From Octopus vulgaris (lineage: Eukaryota), in contig OX597823.1 of NCBI GenBank assembly GCA_951406725.2, positions 70,122,001 to 70,186,000 of the forward strand: DNA of 64,000 nt. The letters are read 5' to 3'. Position 1 is the first letter of the stretch; every line of letters starts with the position of its first letter. The position numbers were made by a program, and so were the translations under genes. The notes below the pieces were generated by a model, which saw nothing but the letters and a program-made list of their open reading frames with translations, did not search any database and was not told the origin of the DNA. Of this stretch, positions 13,295 through 27,049 are shown piece by piece.

Positions 13295-14660
13295 TGTTGT
13301 TGGTGGTGGTGCTGCTGGAGGTGGTGGTGCTGCTGGAGGTGGTGGAGGTGGTGCTGGTGGTGATGTGTTTATTGAAGCCCTCTCTGTGGGGTTTCTTCTC
13401 TTGTTGGAGTTGCTTCTGTAGTTGGGATTGCTTCATTTGTTGTGGTGTAGGTGGTGCTTGTATCAAGGGGTAGTGCCTTACTTCTGTTTTAGTTGTGGGC
13501 AGAAAGCTTTCAGGTGGTTATTCTGTCCACATTGATAACATCTTGGCCTTCTGCCCTCAAATGTGACGTTCAGCATAATGCCTTCTGGAAGGTTGAGTTG
13601 GTCAGGAATTTGTTCCAAAACGTTTTGGTTTATTTGGACCATTATTTACAATTCTTGACCAGTCCAGTTGTTTGTATTTTGCTTTTTTTTTCCCTTGTTT
13701 CTCGACTTGGATGATTCTGATTTTATCTTCCAAGTTGAGGAGGACGGCTGCGACAATCCAGCAAGCGTTCATTTCTGGTAGTATCTCCAGTATTTTTATC
13801 TTGGCGACGCGCAGTCCCAAGTATGTTGGAACTAGGAAAAGTTCACTGTTTCTCAGCTGGGTTTTTGAGTGCTGTTTTGTTACGTCTTCTGTAGCAAATC
13901 TGACTTCAATTGTGCCATATTTCTTACCCCTCGACAGAAATGTTACACCTTTCCAAATGGGATACAAGCATTTTTCAACTGCTTGTTTTGTGGCAGTTTC
14001 TGAACGTCTACTTTTTAAAGATATAGTTTTGTACACTATGGTACGTTTGTTTGTATTGTCTATAATACCTGGAGGTGTTTTTGTCGAAACACATCTTTCG
14101 CTTTTTCTTTTTAACATGCTTCCGTAATCTTTGAGAGATTCTGCAGAAACATTAATGAATTCATTTCTAGGCTTTGCCATTAAGGCAAAACCTCGGCTGT
14201 TTAATGCATTGGGTTGTTATTGTTGTTGTTGTTGAGTGTTCAATGTGTTAGTGGGGGTAGTGGGAGGGCTTGGATTCAGAGGTGATGCAACGCTAGCAGC
14301 GTCCATTAGCTGAATTTCCTTGCTCTTTTCCTCTTCTTTCTCGCGTTTCTTTTCATTTTCTTTTGTTGCTCAGCGTTGCACGTGCTAGCAAGACTTTGGT
14401 CGTCCCTCTCTCTGTCTTTTAAGGTGCGGAGAGGGCGGAGACAATTAATTAAAAAAAATTTTGGCTGTTTTCCGATAGCAGAGGAGGGAGAATCAAAAAG
14501 AAAGGAAGAGCTGACACTCTTCTCCAAGGACATTTTGCAAATTTTAAAATTGAAAAATTTAAAAAATGGAGAATTTAAATTGAAAATTCGCCCCAAAAGG
14601 GATTAAAGTCCCGCCTAACCACTCAGCTCAGCAAGAGCCCAGTCGACCTGGCCACAGAAA
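13295..14660 (-). mobile_element. 5' part of L1/Tx1-like LINE: frameshifted ORF1 with RRM-like region and CCHC zinc knuckle; ORF2 absent
   Basis: ORF 13602-14180 (GTIEVRFATED..PTYLGLRVAKIKI); alternate frame at ~13480-13630 gives VTFEGRRPRCYQCGQNNHLKAFCP (CX2CX4HX4C); basic N-terminal ORF 14306-14596. Confidence 0.7.
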
Positions 14661-15606
14661 TGTCGTAAAAAAATTTTCAGATACAACAATATTATCTGTA
14701 AAAATTGAACAAAAACTTACAGCTCACGAACACACACCCTACCTCTTTGAAATCCACGAGCAGAGTCCTGTATATAATAATAATAACAACAATAATAATA
14801 ATAATAATAATAATAATAATTATCCAATCTCTGCCAGTTTGCAGCCTACCATAATTTCTAATTTTGGTACAAGAACACCAGTTTTGAGGGTAGGATGAAG
14901 TCGAAATCATCGACTCCAGTACTAGAATTTTATCGATTCCGAAAGAATGAAAAACAAAATTGATCTGAGAGAGATTTGAGCTCAAGAACGTAAAGAGTTG
15001 GGACAGACGCCGCTTAGCATTTTGTCCGACGCGCATTTTGGCTGCCAGCTCGCTGTATTTAAGAAAAAGAAGGTATAGGAGTTTGAGCTTACAGGCGATG
15101 TAGTTCTTTTTAGCTTGTATGTACGTGTGCGCACGCATCTGCGTGGTGCGTGTGTATGTGTGCATGCGTATGTGTGTGTGTGTGTGTGCGTGCTGGTGTG
15201 TGTGTGCGTGCTGGTGTGTGTGAGCACGCGCATTTATATGTGTCAGTTCTAAAAGAAACCTTTTCCTGATAATACATTCAAATACATTCAATTCAGTTGT
15301 CAGAAAATATGACACACGGGCATAAGTATCTGAATAAGAACTGCCAACATTGAAACAATTGTTCAGCATCCAGCTCTGTGTATGTACTTCTTAAACGAAT
15401 TAACAGCGCATAGTCAATAGCAATAGTTTTGTACTTAATGTAATAAGCAAATATAGAGGTAAAGAAATGCGCGCGCGCGTGTGTGAGTGTATATGTTTTA
15501 AACATTGGCTGTGCAGATAGATAGATAGATAATGTACATATATGCTTTTTATGCTCTTCTACTTGCTCCCTCTTATTCTATATCTCTTTACCTCTCTTTC
15601 CCGCTT

Positions 15607-15659
<53 letters not shown>

Positions 15660-15709
15660 GATAGACAAATAAACATAGACGAACAAACAGACAGATAATA
15701 GATAGATAG

Positions 15710-15792
15710 ATGCATAGGTATATAAATGCACTTTTTCTCCTTCACTTTTGCTTCCACTTATTCTAAATCCTTTTACCACTTCTTCTATCTCT

Positions 15793-15848
<56 letters not shown>

Positions 15849-15958
15849 ATAGATAGACAGATAGATAGATAGATGCATAGGTATATATATATGCATCTTT
15901 TCTCCTTCACTTTTGCACCCACTTATTCTATATCTTTTTACCAATTCTTCTATCTCTT
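15710..15958. repeat. Local direct duplication (~85-bp unique part) separated by (TC)n/(GATA)n
   Basis: atgcataggtatata..ttttctccttcacttttgc..ttcttctatctct at ~15710 and ~15873. Confidence 0.75.
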
Positions 15959-16930
15959 CCTCTGTGTGTGTGTGTGTGTATTTTTCAACTGATTTTCTCC
16001 AATATACATTACTTATGTTCCAGGGATGGTTTTAGACTCTTATAACTTTTCACATAATGAGTAACGGGGCCCATGGAGGCAGAAAATACCCGTTCCTACG
16101 GTTACGTGGAGAAAGGGAGGTAACTCTTTGCAAAGTAATTTTCAGAAATTGATTGTCTCCCTTACGTCCATTGGTCATTGAAAAATTTTTAAATATTGCT
16201 TTTTATATTAGATTTACGTCTTTGAAAGTTTTTTTAATGTTTACTTCCGGTTTTCTCGCGTCAGTGACGTCTAAATCTCTCTATCTATATCACTCTATCT
16301 ATCTATCTCTATCTATCTCTATATCCATCTCTATCTTTATATCTGTCTATCTTTCTGTATCTATCTGTCTATATCTTATCTATCTATATCTATCTTATTT
16401 GTCTGACTAGCTTTCTCTCTCCCTCTCTCTATATCTCACTCACTCTCTATTGTTTTCACTTTCATTTTTCAGATGCCATTGTTTTCACTTTAAGTTCAAT
16501 CGCTATTGTTTTCACTGTAAGTTTCCAGTTACTATTTACAAACAACAACGACAAATTACCGACACAAGGAAGTTCACAATTACTGATGAATTTCATTCAT
16601 TATTTGCTGACAGAAGTAGCTTTATAAATTTCACTGCAATCTGTACAATTTATTAAATTTGCCTACAAATTTCTTATTTACATTTGCAATGGTTTGTGTG
16701 TTTTTTTTTCTTTTTTTGTGTCTGTGTTATTCCCCCTACCATCGCTTGACAACCGATGTTGGTGTGTTTACATTCCCGTAATTTAGTGGTTCGGCAAAAG
16801 AAACCGATAGAATAAGCACTAGGCTTGCAAAGAATAACTCCTGACGTCGGCTTGTTCGACTAAAGGCAGAGTTCCAGTATGACTGCAGTCAAATGACTAA
16901 AACAAGCAAAAGCATAAAAGAATATACACG

Positions 16931-16966
<36 letters not shown>

Positions 16967-19133
16967 CACTCATATACGTACACTCACACATACACATATA
17001 TATATATATTTATATACATATATACGTATATATATATAATATATGTGTATGTATATATATATATATATTTATATATACATGCATATGAGTGCACATACAC
17101 ATACATACATGCTCTCACACACACACACACACAAACAACATACACACACACGCATACACTCACATACATGCATATACTAATGTTTGTCCACATACACTAA
17201 CGTAAGTGTTGGTAGTTATACGCTAATACTGACATGAAATGAAATCTCTAGAGGAAAATAAGAAATGAAAAATAAATAAATAAATAGATAAAATCATCCT
17301 AACCTATTAAAGTAATCGATTTATTCTAGAATGTTCCTTAACTCAAAAGTTGATTCCATGCTAATGATCGTGGCGAAATATAATTACTTCAGTTGTAGCG
17401 TCAGTTAATTAACAGTTAACTGAAAGTCAACTCTCAAATTTTATAACTGAAATACATGGATGCTAGTGACCTTGCTTGGATTTTTAGCAAACTGAAAGTT
17501 GTGGCGTGCTGTAACGTTGCCAAACCTTAAGTTGCAAATTATCATTCGTAGCTATTAATTAAATTATTCTGCCCGTTTCGCTTAAAGGTTCTTCAGAATC
17601 TTCACCAACTGGCTGAGAGCATTTTATATATCTATTCTTTATATTGAAAAACCACCCTCACCCTGCAATTTACTTAGGCAATAATACAAACTTTGGAAGG
17701 ATTCCTTTTCTAGCTTGCACATGCAATAATCTGAATTAGACTAGAGGATACGACAGTATTAACTAAAATAAGATGTTAGAATATAGAAACCTCGATAAAT
17801 AAGGATTTGGCAGAATTCTTAACTCTGTACCGACTGAAGATTTCTTTGGCCTTCATTTGCTTTCTTGTCAGTTTGTATCTTGAAACGTAGATAAATTTTG
17901 ATAAATCTGGACGGCGTGGTTTAGAAGGAATGGCCGAGCGCCAGGTTATATAGTCGTCGCGAGAGTTACTGAGAGAAAATACCCATGGACGATATTTGCA
18001 TGAAAAAGAAATAGTTAAGTGTGTGCTAATACATTAGATATCGCCAGCCGATGCTACATTTATATTCCGCTGTAATCTTCAGCAAGGAAGCAACTTTTGA
18101 GAAAAGAACGTTCAATAGTGATTACATTCCTTTCTTTCTTTCTTTCTTTCCTTTCTTTCTTTCTTTCTTTCCTTTCTTTCTTTCTTGTAGAGATTTCATT
18201 TCAATAAAATCCTTATCGTAAATGCCTGTGTGTTTAACATGCTACAATGTCTAAGGCGCAGCACGATTTTCGAATCTAAATTGACTTAAACCTTACAATA
18301 CCGTGTATAGCACACAGTTACACAACTATTTCAACAGTAAATATTCAACCCAGGGCTATAGTAGAAGACACTTGCCGAGGGTACCATGCTGTGGGACTGA
18401 ACCCGAAGCATACGATTAGAGATCAAGTTTCTTATTACACAGCAAGCCTTGTTTTCTTTTCTTTTTTTTTACCAATATGCTAGTAACCTTTGTTATTTTA
18501 TCAACAGTGCGCCAACGAAATCAAAATAATTTAAAAACACTGGATTAATCATTTAATTTCGCTCAAGAAAAGTAAGGGAGATAAATACGAGTGGTAAATT
18601 TGGCAACTTGAGAAAATGACTGAGAATATGTTCTACTTAGGAATACCTTCGGCAGAAAAAAATAGCTAATTGGGTACTAATATATTGCCTTGCACTACTT
18701 AATAACTGTGACTTATATTCTTAAATGCGAATGTTCGTTAGAGTACCGGACAACCAACAGAGAGATTGATAGTTCGTACACTGCACCATAGATGAAATAC
18801 TCATAGATGAGACCAAATTACTGCTCTAAGCATTTGGAAATGACACCTCTCCAATGCTTGCAACGAGGGCTTTATTGGCTTACAATTCTGAATTCAACAG
18901 ACACGCTTTGCTTTTTCATAATTCAGAGTACGGTGAAACGCATAGATTGCTCATAGACTGCTCATAGATTCCATCGTACCTTTGGTATAGCCTTCAATTT
19001 ATCACTGGTCCAAGAGATCGGGGAGGACAGAGCCCTTCTTCTCTATGTTTCAAGTTCAGCGCAAGTCAGAAGTGAAATTTCTTGAAACCACAAGCAGCTA
19101 ATCTTTCATTACAATCGCCCCTTCGGCATATAT

Positions 19134-19366
19134 ATTTGTTTATTGCCCACAAGGGCTAAACATAGAGAGGACAAACAAGGACAGACAAAGGGAGTAAGTC
19201 GATTACATCGACCCCAGTGCGTAACTGGTACTTATTTAATTGACCCCGAAAGGATGAAAGGCAAAGTCGACCTCAGAGGAATTTGAACTCAGAACGTAGC
19301 GGCAGACGAAATACCGCTAAGCATTTCACCCGGCGTGCTAACGTTTCTGCCAGCTCGCCGCCTTGT
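19134..19366 (-). mobile_element. SINE family B, full length with 15-bp TSD
   Basis: TSD cccttcggcatatat at 19119-19133 and 19367-19381. Confidence 0.92.
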
Positions 19367-19569
19367 CCCTTCGGCATATATCGTGCATTTGTGACAATGA
19401 AATACCGTTGCTTTTGTAGTAGTTTCCCTCGCTGTTGAGGGCGCGTGTTGCCAATAGTATAGTCAGGAAGTAGTCGCACATATGCTGCCTCCGCTGCTGA
19501 CGCTCTTAAAGAAGTGCCAACGATTTTTGAGAGATATGTTTGTGCTATCTTCGAAAACGAAAGATGAAC

Positions 19570-19606
19570 AAGTGTGTGTGTGTATGCGTGTGTGTATGTA
19601 TGTGTG

Positions 19607-19692
<86 letters not shown>

Positions 19693-19910
19693 AGCGAACG
19701 TGTGGGTGTATGTGTGTGTGAGTTATGATAATTATTGTTTTGTTGGAACTAATAACATCAGCTTAAAAGGACTCTGTAAGACTATGGATAATTATATTTA
19801 TTTCAGCCGAAAACTAGAACACTAATCGGAGTTTCACCTCTCATTTGATTGACAATGTCTCATATATACATATACAGACATATATATATATATATATATA
19901 TAGTATGTGC

Positions 19911-19990
<80 letters not shown>

Positions 19991-20079
19991 TATATATATA
20001 ATATAATATGTATATATAAGATCATATATATAATATGTATATATATTATATATATATATAATATGTATATATAATATAA

Positions 20080-20122
<43 letters not shown>

Positions 20123-20146
20123 CATATATATATAATATATATATCA

Positions 20147-20238
<92 letters not shown>

Positions 20239-20370
20239 ATGTGTGTATAGATATATGTATATAAATAAGCATATATATGTGTGTGTGTGTCCATCTTAGT
20301 GTGGGTGATGTGTGTGAGTGTATGTGAGTGTGTGTGTGTGTGTGTGTGCGCGTGTGTGTGTGTGTTCACC
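19570..20370. repeat. (TG)n and (TA)n microsatellite cluster
   Basis: Direct inspection. Confidence 0.95.
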
Positions 20371-20885
20371 TAGAGGTGGGTGTATGAAGGCGGCTTATGA
20401 ACATAAAAAAGATGTAGATTGATTTGCAAAAAACAAGAACCAGGAACGGGGAAAACAGGAAAATGTGAGCAGAAGGGGAAAAAAAAAAAAAGAAATTTTA
20501 ATAAAAAAAAAAAACCAGAATGAAAGAAACACATAAGCAGGATAACAGATAAAAATGAATATAATAAAAAAGAACAAAAACATTTTAAACAATAAATATA
20601 AAGGAAAGCTAAAGCAAAAAAAAAGGAAAGCAATATGATATGAGATTAGTTTTAGGCCTTTGTACGTAGACTAAATAGCGCGTGCGCGTATGTGTATGTG
20701 TGTGCGTGTGTGTGAGTGGTGTGTGTATGAGTGAGTGTCGTATTCTCTGTATTTCGTGATTGTGTGTTAGTGTGTTGTGCTATTCCTTATGTGTGGATGT
20801 GTGTGTATGTGTGTGCATTTGTTTCCGTCTATCTATATATCTAGGTAGCTTGTTATCTGTATATGTGTGTATGTATGTATATGTA

Positions 20886-20918
<33 letters not shown>

Positions 20919-21092
20919 ATATGTATGTATGTATATATACACCTGTCTTCGTCTTTTGTTTTTCTATAAATTTCAACTATATATACACACACACACGTGT
21001 GTGTATGTATCTATGTATGTATGAATATATGTATGTATGCAGTTATACATATATTTGTATGCATGCATGTATATATCTATATATGCATACAT

Positions 21093-21496
21093 ACTCTTTT
21101 ACTTGTTTCAGTCATTTGACTGTGGCCATGCTGGAGCATTGCTTTTAGTCGAGCAAATCGACCCCAGGACTTAATTCTTTGTACGCCTAGTACTTATTCT
21201 ATCGGTGTCTTCTGTCGAACCTCTTGCTTACGGAGACGTAAACACACTAGCATCGGTTGTCAAGTGATGTTGGGGGACAAACACAGACACACAAACATAC
21301 ACACACACACATACATATATACATATATATGACGGGCTTCTTTCAGTTTCCGTCTACCAAATCCACTCACAAAGCTTTGGTCGGCTCGAGGCTATAGTAA
21401 AATACACCTGCCCAAAGTGCTACGCACGCAGTGGGGCTAAAACTGAAATCATGCAGTTCATAAGCAAGCTACTTACCACATAGCCAATCCTACGCC

Positions 21497-21497
<1 letters not shown>
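21093..21497 (-). mobile_element. SINE family A
   Basis: Family similarity end to end. Confidence 0.88.
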
Positions 21498-21570
<73 letters not shown>

Positions 21571-21573
<3 letters not shown>

Positions 21574-22144
21574 ATAAAATATATACATATACAATATTAG
21601 ATATGTACATATATACAGTAGGGTACTACATGAGTACCTATATCGTTAATTATAGAAGTCAAAAAGTACTTCTGTACCACCGAAAAGTCACAAATCTATT
21701 ACAGACAAGATAGGGGGAAATATCAGTGAACAATAATAATGTCTTACCTGAAATTGGTCAGAACAAGTAAATGCTGGTCAACCCGGTACCGGTTTCAAAA
21801 TTTAGCGCCACCTAGACGCGTGATTTCTCATCAGCCAATACCACTTGTGATGGTATTTTAATAATACCATGCCTATATTTATTTATAAATAATTTTACGC
21901 ATTTCGTTGGCGCTAAATTTTGAAACCGGTACCGAGTTGACCAGCATTTACTTGTTCTGACCCATTTGAGGTAAGACATTATTATTGTTCGCTGATATTT
22001 TCCCCTATCTTGTCTGTAATAGATTTGTGACTTTTCAGTGGTACAGAAGAATTTTTTACTTCTATAATTAGCGATATAGGTACTCATGTAGTACCCTTCT
22101 GTATATATGTACATATCTAATATTGTATGTATATATTTTATTAA
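21571..22144. repeat. ~240-bp inverted repeat (21571-21810 / 21908-22144) with ~97-bp spacer, between (TA)n tracts; Penelope-like inverted terminal repeat
   Basis: Arms are reverse complements with scattered mismatches; spacer segment 21839-21887 recurs directly at 22171-22219. Confidence 0.9.
21783..21838 (-). ncRNA. Minimal type-I hammerhead ribozyme candidate with canonical core
   Basis: Minus strand: ttgg-CTGATGA-gaaat..atttt-GAAA-ccgg-TA-ccgg; palindromic stem III (ACCGGT), GUA cleavage triplet; stem I of 4 bp with two G-U pairs. Confidence 0.6.
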
Positions 22145-24010
22145 TTTGCCTGTACGGCTGATAATTCGCTTACCACTTGTGATGGTATTTTAATAATACC
22201 ATCCCTATATTTATTTATATATATATTTATATATATATATACATATATATATACATATACATACATATATATATACATATACATATTAACATACATATAC
22301 ATATATACATATAAACATGTATATATGTATGTAGTATGTATGTATGGATGGATGTGGCGGCATGCATCCACATATATCTATGTGTTTATAACCACGTATG
22401 TCTGTAATGATATATATATATATTCATGAATTTAAACGTTTGTTTTTGTGTGAATTTCTCTTTAAAATGTGCGCGAGCGCGCGCGTGTGTGTGTGTGGTT
22501 GCATGTGCGTACGGTGTGTGGCAGGTTATGCTTAGGTATGTGTACTTATGTCTGAATATGTATGGGCCTAGACGTGTGTGCAGGTATGTGTGTATATGTG
22601 TGTGTGTGCGTGCGTGTATTTGTATATGTGTGTGCGTATATCTAAATAAACAGATAAGCGTATATGCATATATGCATCTGTATGTATCGCTGAATGAACT
22701 ACACACGCGCACAGACACATACACACACACACTCTTACAGGCACACACACGCAGACACACACACTCTCACATATACACTCTTACATACACACACACGCAC
22801 TTATACACCTGCGCGCACATACACATACACACACGCACTTATACACACACGCGCACACACACACACACTTACACGCACACACTCTTACAGACACACGCAC
22901 GCACTTATACACATGCGGCCACGTACACACACACACACACATACACACGCACGCACTTATACACACACGCGCACACATACATACATTACACAGTATTATT
23001 TTCCTTGATCCGAATGGATTGATTTCCTGAGTATATTTGTTTCCTGTGGAGACTCACTCCAAGATTAACTTGCCACAAACTACTTTCTTCAGATCTTTTT
23101 ATTATTTCAGTCTATTTTCAAACAAACGATACATTATTATTGTCGTCGTTATCGTCATCGTCATCGTCGTCGTCGTTGTCGTCATTATCATAGCTGTCGT
23201 CTGGTCTTGATGTCGTGTTGTCACGTGGGTTGCCTTGTTTTTGTGTTTTGTTTTGTTGTTGTTGTTTTTGCTTTGCTGCGTTGTATTGTCTGTTGTTGTT
23301 GTTGTTTTGTTGCTTATTATAATGTCTTGTTTTGTGGTGTTGGATTCTTGTTGATTTGTTTTGCTCTGCTGTCTAATTTTGTTATGTTGTCTTGTTTTGA
23401 AGTGTTTTATTTGTCTTTTATTTTATTGTTATTTTATATTGACTTGTTTTGTTTTTGTTGTCTTGCTTTTTTAGACTTGTTTTCTTTTGTTGTATTCTAT
23501 TGTTTTGTTTTATTGTTTCGTTTTGTGTTGTGTTATGTTATGCCAGCATGTTGTGTTGAGTTGTTTTGTATTGTTTTGGAAAACTAAAACAAGTGATATA
23601 ATAATGAACCATGAAAGAGAACCCGGTGCAACTGACGAGATTTGAACCATGTACCCTAAGTTTTAAGATCCCATCAGTTTTACTCTCTTTATCTTTCCTT
23701 CAATAAGTCTTCCTTTAAACCTCTATGTAATTGCACAATCTGATAGAAATAACTATCCAATTCTTTCTCAAATAAACAAATGTCTTAGAGGAAGGGCGTA
23801 ATGGCATGTTCGTCCGTTGGAGCACCGAGGACCATCTAGAGATCCTTAAGGGTGACTGAGGAGTGGCGCGGTGGCTTTGTTTAAAGTGAAAAGAGTTGCG
23901 CACCGTCAGCCTCACTCTCTCTTTCTCTCGTCCGTGACCATCTTTAATCCAGTGCCAAGACGATATCGAGACGACTGGAGATGGAAATGAGTGCAGAGGA
24001 TGACCATATA

Positions 24011-24334
24011 GGCGCAGGACTGGTTGTGTGGTAAGTAGCTTGTTTACCAATCATATGGTTCCGGGTTCAGTCCCACTGCGTGTGTAGCACCTTGGGCAAG
24101 TGTCTTCTACTATATAGCCTTGTGAGTGGATTTGGTAGACGGAAACTGAAAGAAGCCCGTCGTATATATGTATGTATGTGTGTTTATGTCCCCATAACCT
24201 AGCGGTTCGGCAAAAGAGACCGATAGAACAAGTTCTAGGCTTACAAAGAATAAGTCCTGGGGTCGATTTGCTCGACTAAAGGCGGTGCTCCAGCATGGCC
24301 GCAGACAAATGACTGAAACAAGTAAAAGAGTAAA
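24011..24334 (+). mobile_element. SINE family A with internal deletions
   Basis: Family similarity. Confidence 0.88.
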
Positions 24335-24779
24335 GGTATCTTATTTGCCTCATCTTGCTCTCCGCCTTCCATAAAGCGTTGGTGCAGCCGCAGTCACTTC
24401 CGCTAATCCATGGAGGTTTCTACTGCAGAGTACGCTGGATCCAGTTTTCCCGTGCGCAAGTAGGCAAACCCCCTTAGCCGCTATTGTTCTCAGGTCTACT
24501 CTGACCCGGAATAGTAGGACTTGTCAGGAACCCAGCTATGGGTTAATTAGTGCGCATTGTGACGTCATCCTAAACATACATCATATGGGACGATCATGGT
24601 TAGAATGCCTTTATTAATGCAGCAAACTTGCAGGATCGTAAGACATTGAAAAAATAGTTTGCTGTGTTTGTTCTATCGATTTACATTCTGAGGTCAAATC
24701 CTAGCAAGGTCAGCTTTACTTTCCAACTTTTCGGAGTCGAAAATGTAAAAGTACCAGTCAAGTACAGTTCTATATTTAA

Positions 24780-24954
24780 GAGATGAGGAATTCCGTACAT
24801 TATTTATATTATTTACAATATTTACATTCGACGGATATTTGTCCTCATCTTGTTTGTTGTTAACACAACGTTTCGGCTGATATACCCTCCAGCCTTCTTC
24901 GGGCGTTTTCGGGAAATTTCGAACTTGGGTTCTCATTCCTAAGGTATTTTTCGA

Positions 24955-24956
<2 letters not shown>
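24780..24956 (-). mobile_element. (ATT)n-anchored short element with hammerhead motif (24862-24907)
   Basis: Minus: aacgc-CCGAAGA-a-GGCTG..CAGCC-GAAA-cg-TT-gtgtt; second copy at 41680-41825 (+). Confidence 0.65.
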
Positions 24957-25012
<56 letters not shown>

Positions 25013-25117
25013 GTTATTATTGTTATTGTTATTATTTTAAATCATTGTTGTTATTGTTGTTGTTAATGTTGGTGCTTCTCCCATGAAGTTTCAGGCCTTG
25101 TGCTTATAGTAGAAAGG

Positions 25118-25184
<67 letters not shown>

Positions 25185-25189
25185 GCAGA

Positions 25190-26440
25190 AGGCGGCGAGC
25201 TGGCAGAATCGTCGCTCCGTTCTGAGTTCAAATTCCGCCGAGGTCGGCTTTGCTTTTATCCTTTCGGGGTCGATAAATTAAGTACTAGTGAAACATTGGG
25301 ATCGATGTCATCGACTATTCCCTTCCCGCAAAAGTACGAGTTGAGTACTAGGGGTCGATGTAATCGGCTTACCCCCTCCCACGAAATTGCTGGCCTTGTG
25401 CCAAAATTTGAAATCAATATTTCATGATACGTTGGATTAATATTTTTACATGCATGACTATTTTACAAGCCAAGTTGAATTTATTTGAACATTTTAGTAA
25501 CCTTTTTTTGTTTTTTATTTGGTTCTACCTGATTCTTAATGGCATCGAATGAAACTAATAATGCCTGGAGATTATAAAAGAAACTAAGAACAGACATTTC
25601 GTCTAACATGAAATTAAAAAAACGCAAACAAGTTTGCATATCAGCCTGACATACATTTTTCAGACGCAGGAAACTCAAATTTACGTGGTCTTTCAGACAA
25701 CAGATGGAAACAAAATAACATTGATATTTACATAGCGATACAAATATGTGTATGCATGTTTGTATGTGTGTATGTGGTGCGTGGGGGTGGGGGTGATAGC
25801 AGGTCAATCCATGCATTATGAATGAAATTGGGTAGACAGAAACGGTATAGAACTTTGTCGCCGGGTGAAATGCTGAGCGGTATTTCGTCTGCCGTTACGT
25901 TCTGAGTTCAAATTCCGCCGAGGTCGACTTTGCCTTTCATCCTTTCGGGGTCGATAAATTAAGTACCAGTTACGCACTAGGGTCGATATAATCGACTTAA
26001 TCCGTTTGTCTGTCGTTGTTTGTTCTCTCTGTGTTTAGCCCCTTGTGGGTAGTAAAGAAATAGGTATTTCGTCTGCCGTTACATTCTGAGTTCAAATCCC
26101 GCCGAGGTCGACTTTGCCTTTCATCCTTTCGGGGTCGATAAATTAAGTGCCATCTGCGTACTGGGTCGATCTAATCGACTGTCCCCCTCCCCCAAAATTT
26201 CGAGCCTTGTGCCTAGAGTAGAAAAGATTATTTTCTTTATTTCGCACGCCGGGCGAAATACTTAGTGATATTTCGTCTGTCTTTACGTTCTGAGTTCAAA
26301 TTCCGCCTAGGTTGACTTTGCCTTTCATACTTTCGGAGTCGATTGATTAAGTACCAGTTGTGTACTGGGGGTCGATTTAATCGACTGGTCACCCTCCCCC
26401 AAAAAATTGTCGGGCCTTGGGCCTATAGTAGTAAAAATTA
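25190..26440 (+). mobile_element. Cluster of SINE family B copies (25190-25420, dimer 25858-26227, 26245-26440)
   Basis: Repeated family-B core; two alternative 3' tails. Confidence 0.85.
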
Positions 26441-26711
26441 TTTTCATTATTTCAGTTAGTGAATTGCGACAATGCTGGAGCACCACTCTGTAAGGTTAGT
26501 CGAATAAATCAACTCCAGTACTTTATATTTTAAGTCTGGTATTTATTCTACCGCTAGATAATGAGAAGCTTAAACATGTCAACATCCGCTGTCAAGCGGT
26601 GGAGGACGGAGGGGGGGGCAAAGAAACGCGCGCGCGTGTGTGCGTGTGACTAGCTTCTAGCAAATTCAGTCCTAAAGCAATGGCCGACTCAGGGCTATTG
26701 TAGAAAACGCT

Positions 26712-26751
<40 letters not shown>

Positions 26752-27049
26752 TTGCTGTCAAATCATAAATTAAAGCACACTCAATATAAGTAATAGAGTT
26801 GGAATATTTCTATGTTATCAAGCAATATATTACTGGTTATGGCATATTACCATTGGTCAGGATGTTACCATTGGTTTCGCGTCGAATATTGCCATTATTC
26901 AATAATGACGACTCTTTAGCTCTGCTGACCAGAAGCGTGTTGTATATTTTTATACTGGAGGTACATAGACCAAGGCTGGTGGTAAAAGGGTGAAACAAAA
27001 ATTAGTTTTAAATATTTGGGGGAAGAAAGGAAGGGCAATTTCCTATAGA

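Noticed and set aside
23207-23587. 126-aa hydrophobic ORF
   Set aside because: Low-complexity (TTG/TTTTG)n sequence.
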